Assembly (NCBI RefSeq): GCF_000189295.2
Contig: NC_016803.1
Location: 2,670,001-2,702,000 of the forward strand
Origin: Pseudodesulfovibrio mercurii
GTDB taxonomy: Bacteria; Desulfobacterota; Desulfovibrionia; Desulfovibrionales; Desulfovibrionaceae
Direction: 5' to 3'
DNA length: 32,000 bases
Below, one piece after another: positions 23,023-32,000 of this stretch. Positions within the stretch are counted from its first letter, which is position 1. The number at the start of each line of letters is the position of its first letter. The notes under the pieces are model-generated. The model worked only from the letters and a program-made list of their open reading frames with translations, searched no databases and was not told where the DNA came from. The position numbers were made by a program, and so were the translations under genes.

Positions 23023-24594
23023 ATGTCAAATTCACAGAAGGTCCTGGTCGTCGGCGCCGGTTACTGGGGAAAGAACCTCATCCGCAATTTCCATGCCCTG
23101 GGCGCGCTCGCCTGCATCTGCGACAACAACGAGGCCACCCTGGCCGCGTTCCGCAAACAGTATCCGGGGGTGGACACCTGCACGGACCTGGCCGACGGCC
23201 TGGCCCGCGACGACATCGACGGCGTGGTCATCGCCACCCCGGCCGAGATGCACTTCAAGCAGGCCAAGGCCGCGCTGCTGGCGGGCAAGCACGTCTACGT
23301 GGAGAAGCCGCTGGTCCTGAACGAGGACCACGCCCGGGAGCTGATCCTCCTGGCCGAGAGCCGGGGGCTGGTGCTCATGGTCGGCCACCTGCTGCAATAC
23401 CACCCGGCCTTCCTGGCCATCAAGGTCCTGGCCGCGGCGGGCGACCTGGGCCGGATCAACTACATCTGCTCCCACCGCCTGAACCTGGGCAAGATCCGCC
23501 GCGAGGAGAACATCCTGTGGTCGTTCGCGCCCCACGACATCTCCATGATCCTGTCTTTAGCGGGCGAGGAGCCCGAGTCGGTCATGGCCGTGGGGGCCAA
23601 CTACCTGCACGAGCACATCGCGGACGTGACCACCACCCACCTGGAATTTCCCTCGGGGCTCAAGGCGCACATCTTCGTCTCCTGGCTGCACCCCTTCAAG
23701 GAACAGAAGCTGGTCGTGGTCGGCGAGAAGAAGATGGCCGTGTTCGACGACACCAAGCCGTGGCCCGAGAAGCTGGTCCTCTATCCCCACGAGGTGCGCT
23801 GGGAGAACAACACACCCATCCCGAACAAGGCCAACGGCTTCCCGGTCAAGCTGTCCGACGCCGAGCCCCTCAAGCTCGAGTGCGAGCACTTCCTGGAGTG
23901 TCTGGAGCACGGCCTGACCCCGAACACCGACGGCCAGGAGGGGTTGCGCGTGCTCAAGGTCCTGAACGCCAGCCAGCGCTCCCTGGACCGCCACGGCAGC
24001 ATGGTCTCCATGGGGCCGAAGACCGGCGGCGACGCGCCCGAGGAGGGCGAACCCTTCGTGCACGAGACCGCCGTGGTGGACGACGGCGTGACGCTGGGCG
24101 CGGGCACCCGTGTCTGGCACTTCTCGCACATCATGCCCGGCTCGGTCGTCGGCCGGAAGGTCAACATCGGCCAGAACGCCAGCGTGGGGCCCAGGGTGAC
24201 CATCGGCGACGGCTGCAAGATCCAGAACAACGTCTCGGTCTACTCGGGCGTGACCCTGGAGGAGAACGTCTTCTGCGGCCCGTCCATGGTCTTCACCAAC
24301 GTCTTCAACCCGCGCGCCAACATCAGCCGCATGAGCCAGGCCCGGCCCACCCGCGTGGGCAGGGGGGCCACGCTGGGGGCCAACTGCGTCATCGTCTGCG
24401 GCAACGACATCGGTCCCTACGCCCTGGTGGGCGCGGGCTCGGTGGTCACCAGGCCGGTCCCGGCCCACGCCCTGGTCCGGGGCAACCCGGCCCGCTTCGC
24501 CGGGTGGGTCTGCGAATGCGGCGTGAAGCTCAAGGACAACCGCTGCCCCGAGTGCGGCAGGCAGTACGACTTTCCCGAAACCCCCGAGGCGTGA
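23023..24594 (+). CDS. Bifunctional fusion: Gfo/Idh/MocA oxidoreductase (WbpB/WlbA-like 3-dehydrogenase) + left-handed beta-helix N-acetyltransferase (WbpD/WlbB-like) + C-terminal zinc-ribbon, 523 aa
   Basis: The ATG at 23023 has GGGGAG upstream. The N-terminal Rossmann segment is KVLVVGAGYWGKNLIRNF...VYVEKP. After a linker (GPKTGGDAPEEGEP), hexapeptide repeats follow: VHETAVVDDGVTLGAGTRVWHFSHI...KIQNNVSVYSGVTLEENVFCGPSMVFTNVFNPRA. These closely resemble WlbB/WbpD as I remember them. The C-terminus reads CECGVKLKDNRCPECG. Confidence 0.85.
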   Translation: MSNSQKVLVVGAGYWGKNLIRNFHALGALACICDNNEATLAAFRKQYPGVDTCTDLADGLARDDIDGVVIATPAEMHFKQAKAALLAGKHVYVEKPLVLNEDHARELILLAESRGLVLMVGHLLQYHPAFLAIKVLAAAGDLGRINYICSHRLNLGKIRREENILWSFAPHDISMILSLAGEEPESVMAVGANYLHEHIADVTTTHLEFPSGLKAHIFVSWLHPFKEQKLVVVGEKKMAVFDDTKPWPEKLVLYPHEVRWENNTPIPNKANGFPVKLSDAEPLKLECEHFLECLEHGLTPNTDGQEGLRVLKVLNASQRSLDRHGSMVSMGPKTGGDAPEEGEPFVHETAVVDDGVTLGAGTRVWHFSHIMPGSVVGRKVNIGQNASVGPRVTIGDGCKIQNNVSVYSGVTLEENVFCGPSMVFTNVFNPRANISRMSQARPTRVGRGATLGANCVIVCGNDIGPYALVGAGSVVTRPVPAHALVRGNPARFAGWVCECGVKLKDNRCPECGRQYDFPETPEA

Positions 24595-24612
24595 CCCGGA
24601 ACGGAGGCGGCC

Positions 24613-25791
24613 ATGATACCCTTCATCGATCTCAAGGCGCAGTACGCCCGCATCGAGGGCGACGTGCGGGCGCGCATGGACGCGGTCCTGGCCCACGGCA
24701 GGTTCATCATGGGTCCGGAGGTGGCCGAACTGGAGGAGGGGCTGGCCCGGTTCGCCGGGTCCGGCCACTGCGTGACCTGCTCGTCCGGCACCGACGCCCT
24801 GCTCATGGCCCTCATGGCCCAGGGCATCGGACCCGGCGACGCGGTCTTCACCTCCCCGTTCACCTTCATCGCCACGGCCGAGGTCATCACCCTGCTCGGG
24901 GCGACCCCGATCTTCGTGGACATCGACCCCGCGACCTTCAACCTGGACCCGGACCGGCTGGACCAGGCCGTGGCCGCCCTGGTCGGGCGCGACCCCTCGG
25001 CCCACCCCCTGCCCTCGGCGGCGCTCGACGGCGCGCCCCTGCGCCCGGCCATGGTCATCCCGGTGGACCTGTTCGGCCTGCCCGCCGACTACGACGAGAT
25101 CCACGCCGTGGCCGCCAAGCACGGGCTGGCCGTGCTGGCCGACGCGGCCCAGAGCTTCGGGGCCGAGTATGGCGGCAGGCGGGCCGTGACCTGCGCCAGG
25201 GCGGCGGCGACCAGCTTTTTCCCGGCCAAGCCCCTGGGCTGCTTCGGTGACGGCGGGGCGGTCTTCACCGACGACGCGACCCTGGCCGAGACCTGCCGCT
25301 CCCTGCGCGTGCACGGCAAGGGCGGGCACAAGTACGACAACGTGCGCACCGGGCTCAACGCCCGGCTGGACACCCTCCAGGCCGCCGTGCTCCTGGCCAA
25401 GCTGGCCGTGTTCCCGGACGAACTGGACGAGCGCCGGGCCGTGGCCGACGGCTACGCGGAGCGGCTCGGCGACGTGCCGGACCTGACCCTGCCCACGGTG
25501 CCCCCGGACCGGACCTGCGCCTGGGCCCAGTACACCGTTCGCCACGCGGCGCGCGAGGCGATCCAGGCCGCGCTCAGGGAGGCGGGCGTGCCCACGGCGG
25601 TCTACTATCCCTGTCCCCTGCACCTCCAGACCGCCTTCGCGGGCCTGGGCTACTCGGCGGGCGACTTCCCGGCGGCCGAGGCGGCCTCGAACGAGGTCTT
25701 CTCCCTGCCCATGTCGCCCTACGTGACGCCGCCGACCCTGGACGTCATCTGCGACGCCCTCAAGGACGCGGTCCGGGGCGTGGGGGCGTAG
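24613..25791 (+). CDS. DegT/DnrJ/EryC1/StrS-family PLP-dependent aminotransferase (WbpE/WlbC-like), 392 aa
   Basis: GGAGG lies 5 nt upstream of the ATG. The N-terminus MIPFIDLKAQY is typical. The PLP lysine context is SFFPAKPLGCFGDGGAVFTDD. Confidence 0.88.
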   Translation: MIPFIDLKAQYARIEGDVRARMDAVLAHGRFIMGPEVAELEEGLARFAGSGHCVTCSSGTDALLMALMAQGIGPGDAVFTSPFTFIATAEVITLLGATPIFVDIDPATFNLDPDRLDQAVAALVGRDPSAHPLPSAALDGAPLRPAMVIPVDLFGLPADYDEIHAVAAKHGLAVLADAAQSFGAEYGGRRAVTCARAAATSFFPAKPLGCFGDGGAVFTDDATLAETCRSLRVHGKGGHKYDNVRTGLNARLDTLQAAVLLAKLAVFPDELDERRAVADGYAERLGDVPDLTLPTVPPDRTCAWAQYTVRHAAREAIQAALREAGVPTAVYYPCPLHLQTAFAGLGYSAGDFPAAEAASNEVFSLPMSPYVTPPTLDVICDALKDAVRGVGA

Positions 25792-25800
25792 GCGGGCTTC

Positions 25801-26913
25801 ATGGAGACGATCCGACTCACGACCGTGGTGGGGGCCCGGCCCCAGTTCATCAAGGCGGCGGCCCTGTCCAGGGCGTTCGCCGCGCACAACGCGGCGGGCC
25901 GGGGTCCGGCCATCGCCGAGTACCTGGTGCACACGGGTCAGCACTACGACCACGCCATGAGCCAGACCTTTTTCGACGAGCTGGGCATTGCCGAGCCCGA
26001 CGTGAACCTCGGCGTGGGCTCCGGGTCCCACGGGACCCAGACCGCGCGCATGCTCGAGGGGCTGGAGCGCATCCTCGCCGCCCGCCGCCCGGACGCGGTG
26101 GTGGTCTACGGCGACACCAACTCCACCCTGGCCGGGGGGCTGGCCGCGGCCAAGCTGGGCGTGCCGGTGGTCCACGTGGAGGCCGGGCTGCGCAGCTTCG
26201 ACAAGGCCATGCCCGAGGAGCTGAACCGCGTCCTGACCGACCATCTCTCGAACCTGCTCCTCTGCCCCACGCGGGCCGCCGTGGACAACCTGCGCCGCGA
26301 GTCCCTGATCCGGGGCGTGGTCCTGGCCGGGGATGTCATGTACGATTCCCTGCTGCACCACCGGGAGCAGGCCCTGCGCGCCGCGCCGCCCCTGGCCGGG
26401 CTGACGCCGGGCGGCTATCTCCTGGCCACGGTGCACCGCGCGGCCAACACCGACGACGGCGAGCGGCTCAAGGCCATCCTGTCCGGCCTGGGGGCCATGG
26501 CCCGGACCGCCCCCGTGGTCCTGGTCCTGCACCCGCGCACCCGGCGGGCCATGGAGTCCCTGGGGCTGGCCGTGCCCGAGGGGGTGCGCGCCGAGCCTCC
26601 CCTGCCGTACCTGGCCATGGTCCGGCTTCAGGCCGAGGCCCTGGGCGTGGTCACGGACAGCGGCGGCATGCAGAAGGAGGCCTTCTTCCTGGGCAGGCCG
26701 TGCCTGACCCTGCGCGAGGAGACCGAGTGGACCGAGACCGTGGACCTCGGGGCCAACACCCTGGCCGGGACGGACAACGCGGCCATGACCGGCTGGCTCG
26801 CGGCCGTGCTCCGGGGGGAGCGGACCCTGCCCGGCGACGCGCGCCCCTACGGCGACGGGCGGGCGGCCGAACGCATGGTCGAGGCCGTGGTCGAACATTT
26901 TTGCCGGGGCTGA
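25801..26913 (+). CDS. UDP-N-acetylglucosamine-type 2-epimerase, non-hydrolysing (WecB/WbpI/WlbD-like), 370 aa
   Basis: Matching segments are VVGARPQFIK, HTGQHYD, VVVYGDTNSTLAG, VHVEAGLRSFD and DSGGMQKEAFF. Confidence 0.88.
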   Translation: METIRLTTVVGARPQFIKAAALSRAFAAHNAAGRGPAIAEYLVHTGQHYDHAMSQTFFDELGIAEPDVNLGVGSGSHGTQTARMLEGLERILAARRPDAVVVYGDTNSTLAGGLAAAKLGVPVVHVEAGLRSFDKAMPEELNRVLTDHLSNLLLCPTRAAVDNLRRESLIRGVVLAGDVMYDSLLHHREQALRAAPPLAGLTPGGYLLATVHRAANTDDGERLKAILSGLGAMARTAPVVLVLHPRTRRAMESLGLAVPEGVRAEPPLPYLAMVRLQAEALGVVTDSGGMQKEAFFLGRPCLTLREETEWTETVDLGANTLAGTDNAAMTGWLAAVLRGERTLPGDARPYGDGRAAERMVEAVVEHFCRG

Positions 26914-26961
26914 TCCCGGCGCAGGAAGATGAACAGGAAGACGGGCGGAAAGGCGGATTTC

Positions 26962-27756
26962 ATGAAGCGCATCTCGGTTATCATCCCCAGCTACAACCAT
27001 GCCCCGTACATCGAGGCCTGCCTGGACTCGGTCTATTTCCAGGACTACCCGGACCTGGAGATGATCATCGTGGACGACTGCTCCACGGACGGGTCGGGCG
27101 CGATCATCCGCGACTGGGTGGACAACCTGGACCGGGCCGTGACCTCCCACGCCGTGCGCTACGACGAGGCGAACGACGCGATCCTGCGCCGCGAGCACAG
27201 GCGGTACGAGCGCGGCCGCAAGGTCGTGTACATGCAGAACCCCGAGAACAGGGGCTCCACGGCGACCTACAACCGGGGGTTCCGGGCGGCCACGGGCGAG
27301 TACTGCGCCTTCGTGGTCTCGGACGACATCTGCCATCCGCAGATGTTCTCCACCCTGGCCGGGCCGCTCGATGCCGACGAGGCGGACTTCACCTACGCGG
27401 ACCTGTTCATCGTGGACGACGCCATGCGCATCCTGCGCGAGTTCCGGCTGCCGGACTATGATTTCGAAAAATGCTTCTGCGACTGGTACCTGTGCGGGGT
27501 GGCCACCCTGTACCGCCGCTCCCTGCACGAGCGCTTCGGGTACTACGACGAGACGGCCATGGCCGACGACCACGAGTGCTACCTGCGCTTCGCCATGAAC
27601 GGGGCGCGCTTCAGCCACGTGGCCAAGACCCTGTACTCGGCCCGGACCCACGACCACCGCCAGGTGGGGCTGCACGGCTCCGCGCGGTTCGAGGCCCTGC
27701 TGGAGCACTCCAAGGCCCTCTGCCTCAAGGCCCGGCAGTGGCGGGAGGGGCGATGA
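26962..27756 (+). CDS. Family 2 glycosyltransferase, about 264 aa
   Basis: GT-A hallmarks are ISVIIPSYNHAPYI, IIVDDCSTDGS and VVSDDI (DxD). The ATG at 26962 (GGAAAGG 8 nt upstream) is preferred over the ATG at 26929, whose SD spacing is too short. Confidence 0.82.
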   Translation: MKRISVIIPSYNHAPYIEACLDSVYFQDYPDLEMIIVDDCSTDGSGAIIRDWVDNLDRAVTSHAVRYDEANDAILRREHRRYERGRKVVYMQNPENRGSTATYNRGFRAATGEYCAFVVSDDICHPQMFSTLAGPLDADEADFTYADLFIVDDAMRILREFRLPDYDFEKCFCDWYLCGVATLYRRSLHERFGYYDETAMADDHECYLRFAMNGARFSHVAKTLYSARTHDHRQVGLHGSARFEALLEHSKALCLKARQWREGR

Positions 27757-28481
27757 GCACCCCCGCCGAGCGGGCGACCGCCGGACCCCTGGCGGTCCTG
27801 ACCTTCGACACGGACTGGGCCCCGCGGTTCATGGTCGATCGCTGCCTGGACATCCTGGACCGGGCCGGGGCCAAGGCCACGTTCTTCTGCACCGGGCCCT
27901 ATGATTTCAGGGGGTCGGGCCGGATCGAGACGGCCCTGCACCCGAATTTCCTGCCCGGCTCCACCCAGGGCGCGGACCCCGAGGCCGTGGTCTCGGGGCT
28001 CAAGGCGCTCTACCCGGACGCCGTGGGCACGCGCTCCCACCGCTATTTCTGGCACGTGGGCCTGCGGCCCGTGCTCCTGCGCCACGGCCTGCGCTACGAC
28101 TGCTCCCAGATCATGCCGGGGCAGGCGCACCTGGGGCTGGCCGAACACCTGGGGCTCAAGCGCGGGGCCACCTGGTGGAGCGACAACCTGCACCTGCACC
28201 ACGGTCTCGACCCGGCGGTCTTCGATCCGCCCGGCCTGACCGAACCCGGCCTGAAGATTCTCGACATCCACCCGGTCCACGTCTGCCTGAACACGCCGGA
28301 CCCGGCCTGGTTCCGCGCGACCATGGCCGGACTGCCGCCCCTGCCGGAGTTGACCGAGGAGGACGTCGCGCCCCTGCGCCATCCGGGGCCGGGCGTGGGC
28401 ACCTGGCTCGAACGGGCCGTGGCGAGCATTCCCGAGATCCAGGACGGCTTCGTCACCCTGCGCGAAGTGCTCGGCATCTAG
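27753..28481 (+). CDS. Polysaccharide deacetylase-like protein (resembles the WbmS-type family from memory), 242 aa
   Basis: Track ORF 27471..28481 trimmed to the ATG at 27753, which overlaps the GT2 stop (ATGA) and has GGGAGGGG upstream. The N-terminal LTFDTDWAP and the His-rich segments (HPNF, HRYFWH, HLHHG) suggest a metal-dependent NodB-like fold. The family assignment was not verified. Confidence 0.55.
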   Translation: MSTPAERATAGPLAVLTFDTDWAPRFMVDRCLDILDRAGAKATFFCTGPYDFRGSGRIETALHPNFLPGSTQGADPEAVVSGLKALYPDAVGTRSHRYFWHVGLRPVLLRHGLRYDCSQIMPGQAHLGLAEHLGLKRGATWWSDNLHLHHGLDPAVFDPPGLTEPGLKILDIHPVHVCLNTPDPAWFRATMAGLPPLPELTEEDVAPLRHPGPGVGTWLERAVASIPEIQDGFVTLREVLGI

Positions 28482-28551
28482 CCGCTTTTCGGAATTTTTG
28501 CGGGCCGGAAGACGCGCCGCGCCGGTCGGCGGGCGTTTCGCGTGCGGGCCG

Positions 28552-29952
28552 TCAGTCCACCACCGGGACCTTGCGCGGGGAACCGAAGTCGGCGTCCTCG
28601 GGCATGAGCACCCACGGACCCTCCTCCTTCAGACGGGACACGTCCCAGCGCGGCACCTGGCCGAGTCGCTCCCCGGCGTCGGCGGGCAAAAGCCCGGCGG
28701 CCAGCAGGCGGCGCAGGTCCGTGTCCGGGTGCGCGCCGTGGCGCAGCAGGATCTCCAGGTTGCGCTTGCGCAGATAGCCGGGCATGGGCTCGCCCTCGGG
28801 GATGGTCCCCCGGTCCGTGAACAGGGTGGGGTAGAGGTCGCAGCGCCCCTGCCGGTCGCGGTCCACGGCGTCGAGCATGTACTGGGCGATGGCCGGGGGC
28901 GCGGAGTAGCCCGCGTCGATGTAGGCCCGGCCCATCTCGGCCAGGTCCGTGCGGAAGCGCACGTCCCGGACCACCTTGCGCACCGCGTTCTTGAAGTTGT
29001 CCTTGTCGATGTTCAGCACCGGCCGGTTGCGCGGCAGGGGCGAGGACACCCCGTCGTGGCCGCCGAGCACGGCGCACCCCCCGGCCATGCCCTCGAAGGC
29101 GAACAGCCCCGAGCCGCAGGACAGCTCGTCGATGACGATGTCCGCCTCGGTGATGGCCCGGCAGACCTCATGGTTGGGCACCTCCTGGAGGATGCGCAGT
29201 TCGAAGCGCAGTCCCTCTCCGGCCAGCTCGTCGAGCATGGCCACGATGGCGTCGGTCTGCTTGTACAGGGCGCTGGACGGGGCGTGCAGGATGACCGGGA
29301 CCTCGCGGCCGGGAATCCTGCACCGGATGTGCGAGACGTCGATGAGCGGGCCGGACTGGAAATAGGGGCGCAGCCCCAGGGTGTGGCTGGGCGGGCCGCT
29401 GAAGACCGCGTCGGCGAACCGCTCCGAGGTGCGCACGTTGTGCATCTTGTTGGCCAGGGCCGGATGGTAGCGGCTCAGGGAGAGCAGGTCCGCCTCGGTG
29501 GCGCACTCGATCTTCGGGGTGTCCACGTCCCCCTGGTAGTAGGGATAGAACCGCCCGTAGTCGGTCCAGAAGATTTTGGCCAGCTCGTAGTCCCGCACCT
29601 CGGTGCCGCAGTGCCGGGCGAGCACGGTCTTGCCCAGCCCCTTGAGGATGGGCAGGTCGGTCATTCGGGGGAGCAGGGAGGTGCCGGACACGCAGACGAT
29701 GATGTCGTAGGGTTCCACGAACTCGTAAAAGGAGGGCGGCGGGCAGGCCTCCACCTCGCCGGCCTCGTTGACCGGGTAGGTGGTCTCCTCCAGGAAGTCC
29801 ACCTCGGACAGGGTGTAGTCCAGGTCCGCGTACAGGCGGGACTTGTGGTAGACCAGGCTGTCCACCTCGTAGCCCAGCTCCCGGAAGCCCAGGGTCAGGT
29901 TGTAGGTGGACCGGGCGATCTCCGCCGTGCCGATGAGGATGCGTTGGCTCAT
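28552..29952 (-). CDS. Hypothetical protein, probable GT-B-fold glycosyltransferase (GT4-like C-terminal half), 466 aa
   Basis: Full ORF with AGGAA 7 nt upstream of the ATG. The segment IVIDELSCGSGLFAFEGMAGGCAVLG resembles the nucleotide-sugar-binding E-x7-E region of GT-B enzymes. I do not recognise the N-terminal half or the C-terminal roughly 100 aa. Confidence 0.5.
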   Translation of the reverse strand: MSQRILIGTAEIARSTYNLTLGFRELGYEVDSLVYHKSRLYADLDYTLSEVDFLEETTYPVNEAGEVEACPPPSFYEFVEPYDIIVCVSGTSLLPRMTDLPILKGLGKTVLARHCGTEVRDYELAKIFWTDYGRFYPYYQGDVDTPKIECATEADLLSLSRYHPALANKMHNVRTSERFADAVFSGPPSHTLGLRPYFQSGPLIDVSHIRCRIPGREVPVILHAPSSALYKQTDAIVAMLDELAGEGLRFELRILQEVPNHEVCRAITEADIVIDELSCGSGLFAFEGMAGGCAVLGGHDGVSSPLPRNRPVLNIDKDNFKNAVRKVVRDVRFRTDLAEMGRAYIDAGYSAPPAIAQYMLDAVDRDRQGRCDLYPTLFTDRGTIPEGEPMPGYLRKRNLEILLRHGAHPDTDLRRLLAAGLLPADAGERLGQVPRWDVSRLKEEGPWVLMPEDADFGSPRKVPVVD

Positions 29953-29971
29953 CTGTGATTCCTGTTCGGGC

Positions 29972-30763
29972 CTATTTGACGGCCACGACCTCGTAGCAGC
30001 AGGTCAGGCCGTGGTACTGGCCGGGAAAGAAGCTGACCGGCGGGTGCGCGCCCCCGGACAGGTCGATGCGCCCCTCGTCCTCCATGGCCGCGACCGTGAA
30101 GCCCAGGGCCTCGAGGTGGGCGCGCATCTCGTCGCGCTCGATGACGATCTGGCCCATGTCCGGACTCTTGCCGCTCTTTTCGTATTCCAGGGTGTTCTGC
30201 AGGGTCAGGGCGGTGAAGAAGCGGGGCGAGCGGTGCACGGTCTTGTGCGGCTCCTCCATCCACTGCTGGATGAAGTAGCCCAGGCCGTTGGCCGTGAAGT
30301 AGACGCGCCCGCCGGGCTTGAGCACCCGGTATATCTCGGCCAGGCTCTCCTTCCACGGGGTGCACGGCAGGGACACGTAGCAGAACACGCCGTCAAAGGT
30401 GTCGTCCTCATAGGGCAGGGTTTCGAGCCGCGACCGCACGGCCTCGACGTTGTCCGCGCCCAGGTCCCGGGCCAGGGCGTTGACGATGTCCGCGCGGACC
30501 TGGGCGATGTCGCAGCCGTCCACCCGGCGGTTCAGCCCGGCCAGGCGCAGGGTCCACTGGCCGAAGCCGCAGCAGGCGTCCAGGACCCGGTCCATGCCGG
30601 TGAAGCCGATGGCCTGAAGCCGGTCGCCGTAGCGGGACAGGGGCGGGGTGTAGACCCGCTCGAACAGGGCCTTGTCGCGCGGGCCGAGCTGGTCCGCGAA
30701 CGCACGCAGGCAGCGGGCCACGCCGCGCGCGGTGGCGTCGTCGATATCCGTGTCCATCATCAT
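29972..30763 (-). CDS. Class I SAM-dependent methyltransferase, 263 aa
   Basis: Track ORF 29972..31543 trimmed to the ATG at 30761-30763 (MMMDTDIDD...), which overlaps the upstream stop (ATGA) and has AAGGAAG upstream. Motif I is VLDACCGFGQW, and LKPGGRVYF is present. Confidence 0.8.
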   Translation of the reverse strand: MMMDTDIDDATARGVARCLRAFADQLGPRDKALFERVYTPPLSRYGDRLQAIGFTGMDRVLDACCGFGQWTLRLAGLNRRVDGCDIAQVRADIVNALARDLGADNVEAVRSRLETLPYEDDTFDGVFCYVSLPCTPWKESLAEIYRVLKPGGRVYFTANGLGYFIQQWMEEPHKTVHRSPRFFTALTLQNTLEYEKSGKSPDMGQIVIERDEMRAHLEALGFTVAAMEDEGRIDLSGGAHPPVSFFPGQYHGLTCCYEVVAVK

Positions 30764-31869
30764 GATCTTTCTTCCTTGGTTCCCCGGCCTCGGCCCGCGA
30801 ACGAGGTCACGGCGGCGATGAGCCGGTCCGCGTCCACCTCGTCGTGGCAGGGCAGGGTGATGGTCGTTGCCTGGAGCCTCTCGGCATTGGGCTGCACGTC
30901 CCGGTATTTTTCCCGGTAGAATTTGGTCCCGCTCAGGCAGTAGGTGCCGATGGTGCTCTCCACGCCGCGCCCGGCCAGGTGGCGGATGAGCCCGTCCCGG
31001 TCCATGCCCTGCGGCACGGCGAAGGCCATGGACTGGACGTTGTGGACCACGTCCGGCCCCACGGCCTGGGCGCGCAGGCCCAGGGGCGCGAAGGCCTCGG
31101 CGCAGCGGTCGAGCAGAGCCCGCCGCCGCCCTATGATGGCGTCGAGCCGGGGCAGCTGGGCCCGGCCCATGAGGGCCTGGATCTCGCTCATGCGGTAGTT
31201 GAAGCCGGGCGCGGTGAAGTCCGGGCGGCCGTCCACGGTCTCGCCGCCGTGGTTCAGGAGCAGCCCCAGCCGCTCGGCCAGGGCCGGATCGTCCGTGGTC
31301 ACGGCCCCGCCCTCGCCCGTGGTCAGGAGCTTGCGCGGGTGGAAGCTGAAGCAGGTCAGGTCGGCCACCCGGCCGCACCGCTCGCCCTGTTCGGCGCTGC
31401 CCAGGGCGCAGGCCGCGTCCTCGATGAGCGGCAGGCCGCGCTCCCGGCAGAGGTCCCGCACCCGGTGCAGGCCGGTGGGGTTGCCCAGCCCGTCCACGAA
31501 GATGACGGCCCGCGTCTTCGGCCCCAGCCGCTTCACCAGGCAATCCGGGTCCATGTTCCAGGTGTCCGGGTCCACGTCGCAGAACACGGGCCGCGCCCCG
31601 GCGGTCTCGACCACGTTGGCCGTGGCCGGGAAGGAATAGTCCGAAACCGCCACCTCGTCCCCCGGCCCGATTTTCAGCACGGCCAGGGTCAAGGAAAGGG
31701 CGGTTGTTGCCGATGTGGTGGGAAAGGCGTGACCGGCCCCGGTGTAGCGGGCCAGGTCCCCGGCAAAAGCTGCCACGTTGGCGCCCCGGGTGAACATGCC
31801 GGAGTCGAACACGGCGCGGATGTCCGCCTCCACGTCGGCAAAGGCGATATACGGGCGGATGAGCCGCAT
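30760..31869 (-). CDS. DegT/DnrJ/EryC1/StrS-family PLP-dependent aminotransferase, about 369 aa
   Basis: The PLP lysine context is SFHPRKLLTTGEGGAVTTDD. DYSFPATANVVE and IEDAACALG are also present. The ATG at 31867-31869 (MRLIRPYIAF..., AGGAA 7 nt upstream) is preferred. Alternative starts are the ATG at 31890 and the in-frame start at 31980. Confidence 0.85.
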   Translation of the reverse strand: MRLIRPYIAFADVEADIRAVFDSGMFTRGANVAAFAGDLARYTGAGHAFPTTSATTALSLTLAVLKIGPGDEVAVSDYSFPATANVVETAGARPVFCDVDPDTWNMDPDCLVKRLGPKTRAVIFVDGLGNPTGLHRVRDLCRERGLPLIEDAACALGSAEQGERCGRVADLTCFSFHPRKLLTTGEGGAVTTDDPALAERLGLLLNHGGETVDGRPDFTAPGFNYRMSEIQALMGRAQLPRLDAIIGRRRALLDRCAEAFAPLGLRAQAVGPDVVHNVQSMAFAVPQGMDRDGLIRHLAGRGVESTIGTYCLSGTKFYREKYRDVQPNAERLQATTITLPCHDEVDADRLIAAVTSFAGRGRGTKEERS

Positions 31870-32000
31870 CAGGGGTTCCTGTTCTGGCATGGCGTTCGGG
31901 CGGTGTCTCCGGTTTTCGATCCTTTCGGGCGGGAGCGGGTCCACGACGGGCCGGACTCCGGCAGGGCGGGCGTGCGTCACGCCCTTGTCCCGCCCGGGAG

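Overview
Visibly GC-rich bacterial chromosomal window. The gene content looks Desulfovibrionaceae-like: NtrC-type sigma-54 response regulator, 2-Cys peroxiredoxin, M16C peptidase, FecCD/BtuF-type importer, DUF364, DUF115. That assignment is inference only. I support 28 CDS and found no rRNA, tRNA, CRISPR array, transposase or integrase.

Layout:
(1) 251-5814, minus strand: a six-gene operon with a FecCD/BtuF-class ABC importer, two SAM methyltransferases and a DUF364 protein.
(2) 6272-10753: alpha/beta hydrolase, ahpC, and a divergent M16C (PreP-like) peptidase.
(3) 11249-13209, minus strand: a GT2 glycosyltransferase plus methyltransferase pair.
(4) 13328-14664, minus strand: a tightly coupled three-gene operon. 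It encodes a Gly/Arg/Phe low-complexity protein with a C-terminal 4-Cys motif, a MarR regulator with a matching RGG-type tail, and a DUF3861 protein. It sits behind a near-consensus sigma-70 promoter bracketed by two perfect AAGGTACCTT palindromes. This is my best candidate for an undescribed system.
(5) 14990-18145, minus strand: a sigma-54 response regulator, an FAD oxidoreductase and a small membrane protein.
(6) 18313-31869: a glycan-biosynthesis region. It holds a Maf-like DUF115 protein, nadE, a radical SAM protein, a WbpB-WbpD fusion, a WbpE-like aminotransferase, a WbpI-like 2-epimerase, a GT2, a deacetylase-like protein, and a convergent glycosyltransferase/methyltransferase/aminotransferase module.

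Four copies of a dispersed hairpin-forming (REP/MITE-like) intergenic element each abut the 3' end of a gene. The many very long ORFs in the six-frame track that lie antisense to these genes are GC-rich shadow ORFs and are rejected.
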